A DNA stretch of 64,000 nt from an uncultured Collinsella sp. (GCA_900547655.1 URHQ01000001.1:1748-65747), one strand, 5' to 3'. Shown: positions 1 through 12,822, counted from the stretch's first letter. Made by a program: numbers and translations. The notes: generated from the letters alone by a model not told the origin.

Positions 1-876
1 GGCCATCGCGGCCGTAGTGATTGCCGTGGTTCCACAGCAACTGCCCACCATTGCGGCACCGGCATGTCTCCATTCGATGCATGCGTGCGCGAAAGCTTCG
101 GGGTTCTCGTGCCATACGGGGCCATCCTGAGTCTGGACCGGATCGCCTACGTTGGGACGCACCGTGACGGGAGTAGTCGCCGATGCAACCATCCTGGGCA
201 CCGCCGTGTTCGCGGCCGCAAGCGAACAGCAATTAACACCAACCGAGTTTGCGCCGTGTTTTTCGGCGTACAAAACGGCTGCCTCGATGTTGAGGCCATC
301 GCCCAACAGGTCGCCTTTATCGTCAACGACAAAACTCACCAGAACAGGCATGCCGTCGGCGGCATCTCGAGCGCCGGCAAGTATGGGCTGCAAATTACGG
401 ATAGACGTCACCGTCTCGATCAGCAGACCGTCAACGCCGGCATTGAGCAAGGCGTGCGCCTGTTCGCGCGCAATGCCTCGGATTTCACGATACTCGGCAG
501 AGTCCTCGGCAAACCACTCAATACCGATCGGGCCCATCGAGCCTAGCAGCAGCTGAGGGTGCGCCTGGCGGGCATCGTCGACGGCCCCGCGATTGACCTC
601 CGCCACGGACGGCGCAATCTGGTCGTGCTTGAGGGCATAGCTCGATGCCTGAAAGGTGTTGGTAATGAGCACCTGCGCGCCGGCGGCGACATACAAGCGA
701 TGGATACGAGAAACGGTCTGCGGCTCTGCCAGATTCCAAAACGCCGGTGGAATGTCGGCGGCATCGTACTCACTCAACAGAACACTGCCCATGGAACCCT
801 GCGCCAACAAGGTCTCGCTCGACAAGCGGCGCGTAAGTTCCTCGGCACCAAAACGGTTGTAATAACTCGTATCCAT
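1..876 (-). CDS. homocysteine S-methyltransferase family protein (3' end runs off window)
   Basis: Hand translation from ATG at 876: MDTSYYNRF..QGSMGS..LITNTFQAS..GSMGPIG..LIET..GVNCC..RPNVG..VGSCCGTT. These are the Zn-binding Cys motifs of the Hcy-binding domain. Absent from the ORF track because there is no stop in the window. Confidence 0.85.
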   Translation of the reverse strand, partial: MDTSYYNRFGAEELTRRLSSETLLAQGSMGSVLLSEYDAADIPPAFWNLAEPQTVSRIHRLYVAAGAQVLITNTFQASSYALKHDQIAPSVAEVNRGAVDDARQAHPQLLLGSMGPIGIEWFAEDSAEYREIRGIAREQAHALLNAGVDGLLIETVTSIRNLQPILAGARDAADGMPVLVSFVVDDKGDLLGDGLNIEAAVLYAEKHGANSVGVNCCSLAAANTAVPRMVASATTPVTVRPNVGDPVQTQDGPVWHENPEAFAHACIEWRHAGAAMVGSCCGTTAITTAAMA

Positions 877-886
877 ATATATCCCG

Positions 887-1309
887 CTATTCCTCGACGC
901 TGATTCCCTGCTTTTCGAGATAGGCGAGCCAGCGGTTCATCGTGTCCTCGGAAAGCGCATGCTCCATCATGCAGGCCTCGGAATCGGCTCGCTCAAATTC
1001 GACACCGAGCTCCTGAACCAAAAACGTGCGGATGAGGCGATGACGGTACCAGATAGCCGTACCAACCTCGCGGCCGCGATCGGTCAGGACTACCTTGCCG
1101 TAGTGCGATTGCTCGACAAGTTCGGATGCCTTGAGCGCCGAAACCGCTTTATTGACCGATGCCTTGGAGACGCCAAGGCGCTGCGCGATGTCGACCGATC
1201 GCACGCCGTTGGTTTCCCCCTCTTCGCTTTCAATGCGAACCATGCACTCCAAGTAGTCTTCGTTCGCCACCGTCAGATGTAGTTCGCGCGAGCTATTTGT
1301 CGTATCCAT
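887..1309 (-). CDS. DtxR/MntR family metal-dependent transcriptional regulator
   Basis: EDYL..RSVDIAQRLGVSKASV..RHRLI..EACMMEHALS. Confidence 0.9.
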   Translation of the reverse strand: MDTTNSSRELHLTVANEDYLECMVRIESEEGETNGVRSVDIAQRLGVSKASVNKAVSALKASELVEQSHYGKVVLTDRGREVGTAIWYRHRLIRTFLVQELGVEFERADSEACMMEHALSEDTMNRWLAYLEKQGISVEE

Positions 1310-1429
1310 GATCTTCCGTCCCTTCTGCATTCAATGGCTGATTCTACCCCATCCAAGCGTCGTGGTATGCCGTGGCATACCGTGCTAGAGTTCTTGTTGC
1401 ACACGACGACCAAGATTGGAGCGGTCTTT

Positions 1430-2677
1430 ATGGAAAACACCACCACGAGCCCCGATGTCCTCGAACGCTTTTTGCGCTACGTCCAGATCAACACGCAGTC
1501 CGAGGATGCAAACTGCGACCAGGTACCCTCGAGCGCCGTTCAGTTTGACCTTGCCAACGTGCTGGCTGAAGAGCTGCGCGAGCTTGGTGCGGAAGATGCC
1601 CACGTGACCGAGCACGCCTATGTCTGCGCGCATATCCCCGCAAGTGCGGGCGCTGAGGACAAGCCCGCCCTGGGCCTGATCGCCCATCTCGACACCACCG
1701 AAGTTGCACCGGGCGCCGGCGTGAAGCCGCACATCGTGCACTACGAAGGCGGCAACCTGGTCTGCGGCACGGTTGACGGTAAACCCGTTGCCATGAGTAC
1801 CGCCAAGCTTCCCGCCCTGAATGACCTCGCGGGTGAGGACCTGGTCTGCAGCGACGGCACCACGCTGCTGGGCGCAGACGACAAGGCAGGCGTCGCCGAG
1901 ATCATGTCGCTTGTCGCGCGTATCGCTCAGGACCCTTCTCTGCCCCATCCCGCACTCGGCATTTGCTTCTGCCCTGACGAGGAGATCGGCCACGGAGCCG
2001 AGCTGTTGGATATCGATACCTTTGGCTGCAAGTACGCCTACACGGTCGACGGCGGCCCCATCGGCGAGCTGGAGTGGGAGTGCTTTAACGCCGCCGAGGC
2101 GACCGTCCGCTTTGAGGGCCAGTCCATCCACCCGGGCGACGCTAAGGGTCGTATGGTCAACGCAGGCAATCTGTTCTGCGACTTCAACGCGTTGCTCCCC
2201 TACGTGCAGCGCCCGGAGTATACGGAAGGCTACGAGGGCTTTTATCACCTTGAGGGTGTATCTGCGACCGTCGATCACGCCACAGCGCGCTATATCGTCC
2301 GCGACCATGACGCCGCCAAGTTCCAGCAGAAACTCGACCTTATTGATGCCGCCGCCTCGATGCTCAACCAGCGTCTGGGTGAGGAGCGTGTGACGGTCGA
2401 GATTAAGCAGCAGTATCGAAATATGGCCGAGATCGTTCGTGACTATCCCGAGCTTATTGATGTTGCCAAGGAAGCCTACCTTGCCTGCGGCGTTGAGCCC
2501 CAAGTGCTGCCGATTCGCGGCGGCACCGACGGCGCGCAGCTGTCGTTCCGCGGTCTGCCCTGCCCCAACCTTTCCACCGGCGGCTATTGCTACCACGGCG
2601 TCAACGAGTTCGTCCCGGTCAGTTCGCTCGTCAAGATGACCGATGTGCTCCAGGAGCTCGTCGCCCGCTTTGCATAA
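1430..2677 (+). CDS. pepT: peptidase T (M20B tripeptide aminopeptidase)
   Basis: RFLRYV, AHLDT, LLGADDKAG, PDEEIG, IRGGTDG motifs. Confidence 0.95.
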   Translation: MENTTTSPDVLERFLRYVQINTQSEDANCDQVPSSAVQFDLANVLAEELRELGAEDAHVTEHAYVCAHIPASAGAEDKPALGLIAHLDTTEVAPGAGVKPHIVHYEGGNLVCGTVDGKPVAMSTAKLPALNDLAGEDLVCSDGTTLLGADDKAGVAEIMSLVARIAQDPSLPHPALGICFCPDEEIGHGAELLDIDTFGCKYAYTVDGGPIGELEWECFNAAEATVRFEGQSIHPGDAKGRMVNAGNLFCDFNALLPYVQRPEYTEGYEGFYHLEGVSATVDHATARYIVRDHDAAKFQQKLDLIDAAASMLNQRLGEERVTVEIKQQYRNMAEIVRDYPELIDVAKEAYLACGVEPQVLPIRGGTDGAQLSFRGLPCPNLSTGGYCYHGVNEFVPVSSLVKMTDVLQELVARFA

Positions 2678-2703
2678 GCCTGGCTGCACAAGTCCGAAAG
2701 ACG

Positions 2704-2742
2704 AATCGCCCCGTCCTCAACCGAGAACGGGGCGATTTTTTT
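2704..2742 (+). terminator. rho-independent terminator after pepT
   Basis: aatcgccccgt...acggggcgatt followed by a T run. Confidence 0.8.
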
Positions 2743-2785
2743 GCTGCAATGTGAACAGGTTGACGCACGCCAGCCTCTTAACGCA

Positions 2786-3027
2786 AGGAGTGTCCCAAAC
2801 TGCCGGCACAAAAGGAACGTCCCCAAGTGCCAAGTGGACTACCCAACTGCAAGTGACGACATCGCTGGTTGAATCAACGTCAGCGAGCGACGTCCAGAGC
2901 GAACAAGTTGGCATGAAAAAGGCAGGGCATTGACCTTCTGGTCATGCCCTGCCTTTTGAATGACAAATTGTCGCTCTGGGCGGCGCGCAGCGTCGAGCCG
3001 TTACGCGGGCTGGTAAGCCCGCGTAAC
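2786..3027. repeat. modular intergenic repeat copy 1 (48-bp module C + long hairpin D + GGTA-loop hairpin)
   Basis: Homologous blocks at 18433-18728 and 38494-38724. Confidence 0.9.
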
Positions 3028-3028
3028 T

Positions 3029-4273
3029 CTAATAGTTGGCTTCGTAGCCGTTGCCGTCACCGGTGGGCTCTTCGTAGTAGTCCGAATCGCTTGAATCGCT
3101 TGAATCGCTTGAGTCATCGGAATCGTCAGAGCTGACCGATGAGGTTGCGGTACCGTTTGCGTAGTCGTCAGACGTGTTGTTGTTCAGGTCGCCGATCGTA
3201 GAGCTGGAACCGTCGGAAAGACCCATGGTGTTGGGACCCTTGGGATCCTTGCCGGCATCGACGCGCTCCATCATTTCCTTGAGCTCGTCCTCGTAGACAA
3301 AGACGTAGCTCACACCGTCGATCATGGTGCTGTCGTCGGCGTACGAGGGCAGGTTGGCCGAGTAGATACCGTCGACATCCATACCGCGCATGGCGTTGAC
3401 CGTAGCCACGATATCCTGAACGCTCATATCGGTTACGAGCATATCGGACAGCGAATTAACCAGGCCAAAGATCTTCGTGGCATCGAAGTTATTGAGAATC
3501 TGGTTGGCAAGGGCGCCAAGCACCTGACGCTGGTGGCGCATGCGCGTGTAATCGCCGTCGGCATAGGTGTAGCGACAGCGGGCATAGGTAAGGGCGGTGG
3601 CACCGTCCATATGCTGCTGGCCAGCGGTAATCTTAATATCCAGGTGCTCGGGGTCGTCAACATCATCGGTTGCGTTAATGTCGATACCGCCAACCGAATC
3701 AATCAGCGCCTGCATACCGTCGAAGCTGACCTCGGCATAGTGGGAAATCTGAACACCGCACAGCTCGTTAACCGCCTCGACCATGGCCTCGGCGCCGCCA
3801 ACGGTATGGCAGGCGTTGATCTTCATGGTCTCGCCCTTGTACTCGACCTTGGTGTCGCGCGGAACGGAAATGAGCGTCGCCTGCTTTTGCGTGGGGTCGA
3901 TGCGTGCCAGGATAATCGAGTCGGCACGATACGTATCCTCGCCCGGACGGCCGTCGGTGCCAAGAAGCAGCACGTAGAACGGATCCTTTGCCTCATCGGT
4001 GTCAACCAGAACCCGACGCAGATTGTCGGTAATGACATTAGAATCGCCGAGCTTGCCCATAATGGTGGCAAACCACAGGCCGGCAGCGGTAGTGGCACTC
4101 AGCAGCACGCCAAGCACGACAATGAGCGCGACGTGACGAATCGTGTGGCTACGACGACGTTGACGAGCGCGCTCGGAATAGCGAGCCACGTTATCGCGAC
4201 TGTAGATCTTGGCCTGCGCACCAGTTGAGGGTCTTCGGGCGGTGGTATCCGCGAGGGGCTTTTTATTAAACAT
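3029..4273 (-). CDS. LytR/CpsA/Psr (LCP) family cell-wall polymer ligase
   Basis: Single TM, LLLGTD, RADSI, SVPRDT, ARCRY, DYTRMRHQR, Ser/Asp-rich tail. Confidence 0.92.
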   Translation of the reverse strand: MFNKKPLADTTARRPSTGAQAKIYSRDNVARYSERARQRRRSHTIRHVALIVVLGVLLSATTAAGLWFATIMGKLGDSNVITDNLRRVLVDTDEAKDPFYVLLLGTDGRPGEDTYRADSIILARIDPTQKQATLISVPRDTKVEYKGETMKINACHTVGGAEAMVEAVNELCGVQISHYAEVSFDGMQALIDSVGGIDINATDDVDDPEHLDIKITAGQQHMDGATALTYARCRYTYADGDYTRMRHQRQVLGALANQILNNFDATKIFGLVNSLSDMLVTDMSVQDIVATVNAMRGMDVDGIYSANLPSYADDSTMIDGVSYVFVYEDELKEMMERVDAGKDPKGPNTMGLSDGSSSTIGDLNNNTSDDYANGTATSSVSSDDSDDSSDSSDSSDSDYYEEPTGDGNGYEANY

Positions 4274-4285
4274 AGGCAACCTGTA

Positions 4286-5569
4286 TTAGTAGATGACGGG
4301 ATCGGGGACGGTAGCATGCTCGACATGCGCGCCGAGCGCCTGCAGCTTTTCGACAAACTGCTCGTAGCCGCGCTTGATGTGATGGATGGCCGAAACCTCG
4401 GTCGTCCCGTCGGCGATCAAGCCCGCTACGACGAGGGCCGCTCCGCCACGCAGATCGGGCGAGGTAACCTGTGCACCCGAGAAGCCCTTGACGCCATGAA
4501 TCATGGCATGATGGCTCTCGATACGAATGTCGGCACCCATGCGCACCAGCTCAGAGGCAAACATAAAGCGATTCTCGAAGATGTTTTCGGTAATAACGGA
4601 ACTGCCGTCGGCAAGGGCGGAGAGCACCATAATCTGCGCCTGCATGTCGGTCGGGAAACCGGGGAACGGAAGCGTCTGGATGTCGACCGGCTTGATACGC
4701 TCGGCACGGTTCACATGGACGCCATCTTCGACGCGCTCGCAGTCGATACCCATGAGCTCCATCTTCTTGAGCACCATGCCCAAGTGAATGGGGCAAAAAC
4801 CCGTGACGTCGACACCGCGATCGTCGGCCATCAACGCACCGGCAACGATAAAGGTACCGGCCTCGATGCGGTCGCCCACCACGCGATGGGTAACGGGATG
4901 GAGCTCTTCCACGCCTTCGATAGTCACGACGGGCGTACCGGCGCCAACAATCTTGGCGCCCATCTCGTTGAGCATGTTAGCGAGATCGACGATCTCGGGC
5001 TCGCGGGCGGCATTATCGATAACCGTGGTGCCCTGTGCGCGCACAGAGGCCATGATGAGGTTCTCGGTCGCACCGACGCTGGCGAACTCGAGCGTGACGG
5101 TGGTACCGCGCAGACCTTGGGGCGCATTAGCGTTGATGTAACCGTGGGCGGTATCGAACTCAACGCCCAGGGCCTCAAGACCAAGAATGTGCATATCGAT
5201 CTTGCGAGCACCCAGGTTGCAGCCGCCCGGCATGGCAATTTTGGCGCGATGGAAGCGGCCCAGCAGGGGTCCCATGACGGCGGTGGAAGCGCGCATCTTG
5301 GCAACGAGCTCGTAGGGGGCCTCCCATGAATCGACCTGAGAGGTATCAATCTCGAGCGTGTGCTCGTCGAGAACATCGATCGTAGCGCCCATGCCTTTGA
5401 GCACCTTGCCCATCACGTGGACATCGGAAATATCGGGCACGTTCTGCAGCGTCGTCTTGCCCGGCGCCAGAAGCGTTGCCGCCATGAGTTTGAGTGCGGA
5501 GTTCTTGGCGCCCGAAACGGGCACGGAGCCTCCGATGGCGTGGCCACCCTCAACGCGGATAATATCCAA
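4286..5569 (-). CDS. murA: UDP-N-acetylglucosamine 1-carboxyvinyltransferase
   Basis: SGAKNS, PGGCNLGAR, SVGATEN, FPGFPTDMQ. Confidence 0.97.
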   Translation of the reverse strand: MDIIRVEGGHAIGGSVPVSGAKNSALKLMAATLLAPGKTTLQNVPDISDVHVMGKVLKGMGATIDVLDEHTLEIDTSQVDSWEAPYELVAKMRASTAVMGPLLGRFHRAKIAMPGGCNLGARKIDMHILGLEALGVEFDTAHGYINANAPQGLRGTTVTLEFASVGATENLIMASVRAQGTTVIDNAAREPEIVDLANMLNEMGAKIVGAGTPVVTIEGVEELHPVTHRVVGDRIEAGTFIVAGALMADDRGVDVTGFCPIHLGMVLKKMELMGIDCERVEDGVHVNRAERIKPVDIQTLPFPGFPTDMQAQIMVLSALADGSSVITENIFENRFMFASELVRMGADIRIESHHAMIHGVKGFSGAQVTSPDLRGGAALVVAGLIADGTTEVSAIHHIKRGYEQFVEKLQALGAHVEHATVPDPVIY

Positions 5570-5582
5570 GGTCTACCCTTTC

Positions 5583-5621
5583 AAAAAGCATGCCCGGGGT
5601 GGCTGGGCCATCCCGGGCATG
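5583..5621 (-). terminator. terminator-like hairpin between atpC and murA
   Basis: catgcccggg...cccgggcatg followed by TTTTT on the minus strand. Confidence 0.6.
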
Positions 5622-5657
5622 ATGTGTTCGCAAATGGTCGAACGCTAAATCGTTTGA

Positions 5658-6050
5658 CTATTGGGCAAGCTTGAGCTTACACCATGCGATTTCATTATAG
5701 AGGTAGGCGCGGCGTGCATCATCCTCCGACAAATTACCCAGCTTCTCTTCAAAACCTTGAATATCAGCTTTAAGCTTGTCGGCATCGACGGTCGCCAAAT
5801 CGCAAGCGCGCTCGGCGAGAACGGTCACGACATCGTCCGCAACCTGGGCATAGCCGCCGGCCACGGCAAACGTGTGGTCGACAGTGCCCATGGCCTTATC
5901 GGAAACGCGAACGTAACCGCGGTCGATCGTGCAGATCTCGCTGGAGTGAGCGGGTAGGACGCCAAACTCGCCATCCGTGGACGGAATCGACACAAACGCA
6001 GCGTCGCCCTCATAGGCGCAGCTCACGGGGCACACGATGCGGATACGCAT
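5658..6050 (-). CDS. atpC: F0F1 ATP synthase epsilon subunit
   Basis: GEFGVLPAH, GGYAQV; last gene of the operon. Confidence 0.93.
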   Translation of the reverse strand: MRIRIVCPVSCAYEGDAAFVSIPSTDGEFGVLPAHSSEICTIDRGYVRVSDKAMGTVDHTFAVAGGYAQVADDVVTVLAERACDLATVDADKLKADIQGFEEKLGNLSEDDARRAYLYNEIAWCKLKLAQ

Positions 6051-6053
6051 AAC

Positions 6054-8416
<2,363 letters not shown>

Positions 8417-8421
8417 GGGGC

Positions 8422-10020
8422 TTAGTTCTCCTCTGATCCAGAAACATCCGAATGGTGCTTGGCCATGAACTGCTGCTTGAAGTCGCCGATGACGCGCAAG
8501 AGCTCAGCCTTGGTGTCATCATCGATCTTCTTGGCGCGAACCTTGTCGAGCAGCGAGCCAAAGCCATTGTCCATGTACTCGATGAGCTCGGCACGGAAAG
8601 GCAGCACGTCGGCGATCTCCAGGTCATCCAGGAAGCCCTCGTTGCCAGCGAACAGCGTAACGATCTGCTCGCCAACCTCAAACGGCTTGTAACGCGGCTG
8701 CTTCAGGAGCTCGGTCATGCGGGCACCATGGGTCAGCTGCTTCTGAGTAGCCTCGTCGAGGTCGGAGCCGAACTGCGTAAAGCCGGCGAGCTCCTGGTAC
8801 GAAGCGAGGTCCAGACGGAGGTTGCCGGCGACCTGCTTCATAGCCTTGGTCTGCGCGTCGCCACCGACGCGGGACACGGAAATGCCCACGTCGACTGCCG
8901 GGCGCTGGCCCTGGAAGAAGAGCTCGGACTGCAGGTAGATCTGACCATCGGTAATGGAAATGACGTTGGTCGGAATGTAGGCCGAGACGTCGCCGTCCTG
9001 AGTCTCGATGATCGGCAGAGCCGTCATGGAGCCGTAACCGTTCTTCTTGGACATCTTGACGGCACGCTCGAGCAGACGAGAGTGCAGGTAGAAGATGTCG
9101 CCAGGATAGGCCTCGCGTCCGGGCGGACGATGCAGCGTCAGCGACATCTGACGGTAGGCCACAGCCTGCTTGGACAGGTCGTCGTAGATGACGAGCACGT
9201 GGCCGCCGGGGTTGGTCTCGCTGGCGGGCTTGCCGTCCTCGCCGTTGTACATAAAGAACTCGCCGATAGCGGCACCGGCCATAGGCGCGATGTACTGCAT
9301 AGGGGCGGAATCGGCAGCAGTGGCCGAAACGATGATGGTGTAGTCGAGCGCACCGTGCTGAGCGAGGGTCTCGCGGATGTTGGCAACCGTGGAGGCCTTC
9401 TGGCCGATGGCAACATAGATGCAGACCATGCCCTTGCCGCGCTGATTGAGGATAGCGTCGATGGCGATGGCGGTCTTACCGGTCTTACGGTCGCCGATGA
9501 TGAGCTCACGCTGACCGCGGCCGATAGGCACCATGGAGTCGATAGCGAGCAGACCGGTCTGAACCGGCTCGCACACCGGGGTACGATCGATGACGCCGGG
9601 AGCCTTGAACTCGATGGGGCGACGGTGCGTAGCGACGATGTCGCCCAGGCCGTCGATGGGCTGGCCGAGCGGATTGACGACGCGGCCGAGCATGGCACGG
9701 CTCACGGGGATATCCATAACGCGGCCAGTGGTGCGGCACTCGTCGCCTTCCTTGATGGAGTCGACGGCACCGAACAGAACGGCGCCGACCTCGTCACGGT
9801 CAAGGTTCTGGGCAAGGCCGAAGACGGTCTCACCGGTATCGGAGCTCTTGAACTCCAGAAGCTCGCCTGCCATGGCGCTCTTGAGGCCGGAGACGCGCGC
9901 GATGCCGTCGCCTACCTCGTCGACCGTTGAAACCTCATGCGTATCGACCGTCGCGGAGAGGCTCGTGAGCTGCTCCTGCAGTTTCTTGGCGATATCCTGG
10001 GCATTGAGGGTTTCGGACAT
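8422..10020 (-). CDS. atpA: F0F1 ATP synthase alpha subunit
   Basis: [18 protein letters not shown]. Confidence 0.98.
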   Translation of the reverse strand: MSETLNAQDIAKKLQEQLTSLSATVDTHEVSTVDEVGDGIARVSGLKSAMAGELLEFKSSDTGETVFGLAQNLDRDEVGAVLFGAVDSIKEGDECRTTGRVMDIPVSRAMLGRVVNPLGQPIDGLGDIVATHRRPIEFKAPGVIDRTPVCEPVQTGLLAIDSMVPIGRGQRELIIGDRKTGKTAIAIDAILNQRGKGMVCIYVAIGQKASTVANIRETLAQHGALDYTIIVSATAADSAPMQYIAPMAGAAIGEFFMYNGEDGKPASETNPGGHVLVIYDDLSKQAVAYRQMSLTLHRPPGREAYPGDIFYLHSRLLERAVKMSKKNGYGSMTALPIIETQDGDVSAYIPTNVISITDGQIYLQSELFFQGQRPAVDVGISVSRVGGDAQTKAMKQVAGNLRLDLASYQELAGFTQFGSDLDEATQKQLTHGARMTELLKQPRYKPFEVGEQIVTLFAGNEGFLDDLEIADVLPFRAELIEYMDNGFGSLLDKVRAKKIDDDTKAELLRVIGDFKQQFMAKHHSDVSGSEEN

Positions 10021-10496
10021 TAGGCTTCACCTCCGTACGAATTAGCAGAGTTTGCGAGGGTCTCCTGCGCGATGCGCAGCTGCGTCTTGACGGAAATGTC
10101 ACGACGCTCGCCGCGGGCCTCGAGCACCAGGCCGCCCACGATAGACGGGTCGACCTGCTCGATAAGGAATACCTTGCGGCCGAAGTCCTGCTCGCATTTC
10201 TTAGTGATGGTTTGACGCAGCTCGTCGTCGAGCGGGATCGCCGTGGTGACGGTCACGCCCACTACATCCTCGTCTTCCTCGGCAACATACTTAAAGGCAG
10301 CTGCCACCTTGGGAAGAAGGTCGAGCTGGTCGCGCTTGGACATGGTGTCGAGCACGGCGATGATCTCGGGGCTGGCAGAAGCCAGGCGCTCGATCATCTC
10401 GAGGTCCTCAAACACATGGTCCTCGGCCTTAGCGGCTTCCAGAAGGGAGCGCGCGTAGGTCTCGAGCACCTTGTCCTGATAGCGGCTAGTCGGCAT
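10020..10496 (-). CDS. atpH: F0F1 ATP synthase delta subunit
   Basis: [20 protein letters not shown]; operon position. Confidence 0.9.
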   Translation of the reverse strand: MPTSRYQDKVLETYARSLLEAAKAEDHVFEDLEMIERLASASPEIIAVLDTMSKRDQLDLLPKVAAAFKYVAEEDEDVVGVTVTTAIPLDDELRQTITKKCEQDFGRKVFLIEQVDPSIVGGLVLEARGERRDISVKTQLRIAQETLANSANSYGGEA

Positions 10497-11088
10497 TCAG
10501 GCTACCTGCTTCCTGGATGTAGCGCTCGATGAGCTTCTTCTGCTCGGCATCGTCCTCGAGTGCCTCGCCCACGATCTTGGTGGCGACGGCAACGGACAGG
10601 TCGGCGATGGAGCTCGCGGCACCGGCGTAAATGGACTTGCGCTCGTCCTCGACGGTCGTATGGGCCTTGGCGATGATCTCCTCGGCCTCCTTGTGAGCAG
10701 CCTCGATGATACGGGCGCGCTCGGACTCGGCGTCCTTACGGGCCTCGAGAACGATGTCGGCAGCCTGACGACGGGCGTCGGTGACGATCGAGTCGGACTC
10801 AGCGCGCTTGGCGATAGCCTCCTGCTTGGTCTTCTCGGCCTCGTCGAGGCTCTCCTCGATCTTCTTGCCGCGCTCCTCCATGGTTTTCATGATGCCCGGC
10901 AGGGCGACCTTGGCCAGCACGATCCAGATGATCAGGAAGGCGATAAGCGCCGGGATGAACTCCGCCATCTTAGGGATGAGGATGTCCGCACCGGCAGCGC
11001 CGTCCTCGGCGAACGCGGAAACCGGCATAAGCAGCGCGGCCGCGGACGCGGAGAGTGCGATCGCGCTCTTCTGGGATGAAAGATTCAT
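10486..11088 (-). CDS. atpF: F0F1 ATP synthase subunit b
   Basis: TM followed by coiled coil; operon position. Confidence 0.93.
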   Translation of the reverse strand: MNLSSQKSAIALSASAAALLMPVSAFAEDGAAGADILIPKMAEFIPALIAFLIIWIVLAKVALPGIMKTMEERGKKIEESLDEAEKTKQEAIAKRAESDSIVTDARRQAADIVLEARKDAESERARIIEAAHKEAEEIIAKAHTTVEDERKSIYAGAASSIADLSVAVATKIVGEALEDDAEQKKLIERYIQEAGSLNAD

Positions 11089-11103
11089 ACTTGACGCTCC
11101 GTG

Positions 11104-11298
11104 CTATTTAACGATCAGCGCGACAACGAAGCCGATCAGAGCCAGAGCCTCGCCGAAGGCGGAGCCCATGATGAAGACGGTGAACACGCGGCCCTGGACC
11201 TCAGGCTGACGGGCCATAGCACCCGTAGCACCCAGAGCAGACAGGCCGATAGCAAGACCAGCACCGATAACACCGAGACCGTAACCGATAACTCCCAC
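11104..11298 (-). CDS. atpE: F0F1 ATP synthase subunit c
   Basis: GxGxG, ARQPE, carboxylate E in FGEAL. Confidence 0.95.
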   Translation of the reverse strand: MGVIGYGLGVIGAGLAIGLSALGATGAMARQPEVQGRVFTVFIMGSAFGEALALIGFVVALIVK

Positions 11299-11422
11299 GA
11301 TTCCTCCTTTGTCGTGCGTGTCTTATTTCACGCAGGATAACCTTTTTATAACTGCCGGGCTCCATGGGTACGGGCACCGGCGGTTTAACGAATTGCCTTA
11401 CCTTTAAGGCGCGAACGGAAGA

Positions 11423-12226
11423 TTACTCCTCCTCCGCGACCTCCTCTGCCTCGGAGACATACACGGCGGTAAGGACCGTGAAGACGTAAGCCTGGATGGC
11501 GCCGACCACAAGCTCGATCGCATAGATCAGGATGAGGATGGCAAGCCAGGCCAGCGAAGGCAGGGCGCCGACGGCGTGGGCCGCGGAAACCTGCTGAAGC
11601 AGCGGCTGCATGAACATGCTCGCCATGATGGCGAACGAGCCCATGACCACGTGTCCTGCGAACATGTTGCAGAACAGACGGACGGCGAGCGTGATGAGGC
11701 GCAGGAAGGTCGAGAAAAGCTCGACGACCCACACGAGCACGTTCATCGGGAAGCTCACGCCCTGCGGGGCGAGGCTCTTGATGTAGCCGATCACGCCGTG
11801 AGCCTTGCATCCGTAGTAGATGAAGTACACGAAGGCGAAAATGGCGAGTGCGGCGGTGGAGCCGATTGCGCCGGTGCCGGGCTTCATTCCCGGGATCAGG
11901 CCGATCATGTTATTGATCAGGATGAACAGGAAAAGCGAGCACAGGAACGGGAAGTGCTTCTTCCAGTTCTCACCCACGACACCCTTGCCGATATCGTTCT
12001 CGACGTACTCGATGATGTACTCGAAACCGTTGACGAAGAAGCCCTTGGGAACCAGGGTCTGCTTCTTCTTGAACACGGCCAGGACGATCAGGAGCACGAT
12101 CGTGGAGACGATCAGCCAAAACGAGTACTGCGTGATGCCGCAGCTCAGATCGCCCACGACAGGGGTGGAGCTGAACTCGCTGACCAGATGATTAATCTCA
12201 TCAGGCAGCTTTTCAAAAATTTCCAC
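11423..12226 (-). CDS. atpB: F0F1 ATP synthase subunit a
   Basis: LAVRLFCNMFAGH, IQAYVF. Confidence 0.96.
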   Translation of the reverse strand: MEIFEKLPDEINHLVSEFSSTPVVGDLSCGITQYSFWLIVSTIVLLIVLAVFKKKQTLVPKGFFVNGFEYIIEYVENDIGKGVVGENWKKHFPFLCSLFLFILINNMIGLIPGMKPGTGAIGSTAALAIFAFVYFIYYGCKAHGVIGYIKSLAPQGVSFPMNVLVWVVELFSTFLRLITLAVRLFCNMFAGHVVMGSFAIMASMFMQPLLQQVSAAHAVGALPSLAWLAILILIYAIELVVGAIQAYVFTVLTAVYVSEAEEVAEEE

Positions 12227-12229
12227 GAC

Positions 12230-12541
12230 TTACCTTTCGACCTCATGAGGATCTCGCAGCGCCTTGGCGACGCGAACCGCGCAGGCGGCCATAAAGGCCA
12301 CGAAGCCGATCGCCTCGCCCAGGAGGAACATGCGAAATGCCTCTCCGAACAACACAAACACAACCAAGGTAAAGACAAGCAACGCGATTGCCGAGACCGC
12401 GAGACTCACCATACCCTTGAGCATGTCCGCATTCTGCTTATCGTCAAGAACCGGCTTGAGCGTAAAGACAAAGGGAAGGAAGGCAATCGCGCCCGCGATG
12501 GCACCTGCAACGATAGCGAGCAGATCGGCTATCTGAAACAC
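12230..12541 (-). CDS. AtpI-like small membrane protein
   Basis: Hydrophobic ~103 aa ORF directly upstream of atpB; GTG start with purine-rich RBS. Confidence 0.6.
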   Translation of the reverse strand: MFQIADLLAIVAGAIAGAIAFLPFVFTLKPVLDDKQNADMLKGMVSLAVSAIALLVFTLVVFVLFGEAFRMFLLGEAIGFVAFMAACAVRVAKALRDPHEVER

Positions 12542-12822
12542 TGGCGTCCTCACTTTCCTTTTTAACGCCTTACAGAACAGTTCCCGCCAAACATTGGTGA
12601 CTATTGTACGAGCCAATCGCTAAAGTACAACCGAAAAAGCATCGGTTAATACGCACCTGTTCGTTTTCTTAAGACCTTCTTTATGCCGCAGGTACGGTAA
12701 TACGTTTTTCTCGAACCCTGCAGGGCAAAACGTCCGTTAACAGGAGTGCGCGTGGTCGTCTTTTGCTCGCCCGCGCGCACCATTTCTTCGTATTTTCGAC
12801 GTTAGCCGGTATGGCCCAGAGA

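Noticed and set aside
3084..3110. 9-bp tandem repeat (gaatcgctt x3)
   Set aside because: It encodes the Ser-Asp-Ser low-complexity tail of the LCP protein and is in frame.
11104..11298. Na+-type ATP synthase
   Set aside because: The c subunit has E followed by A and lacks the Q...ES/T sodium signature, consistent with an ordinary H+ type.
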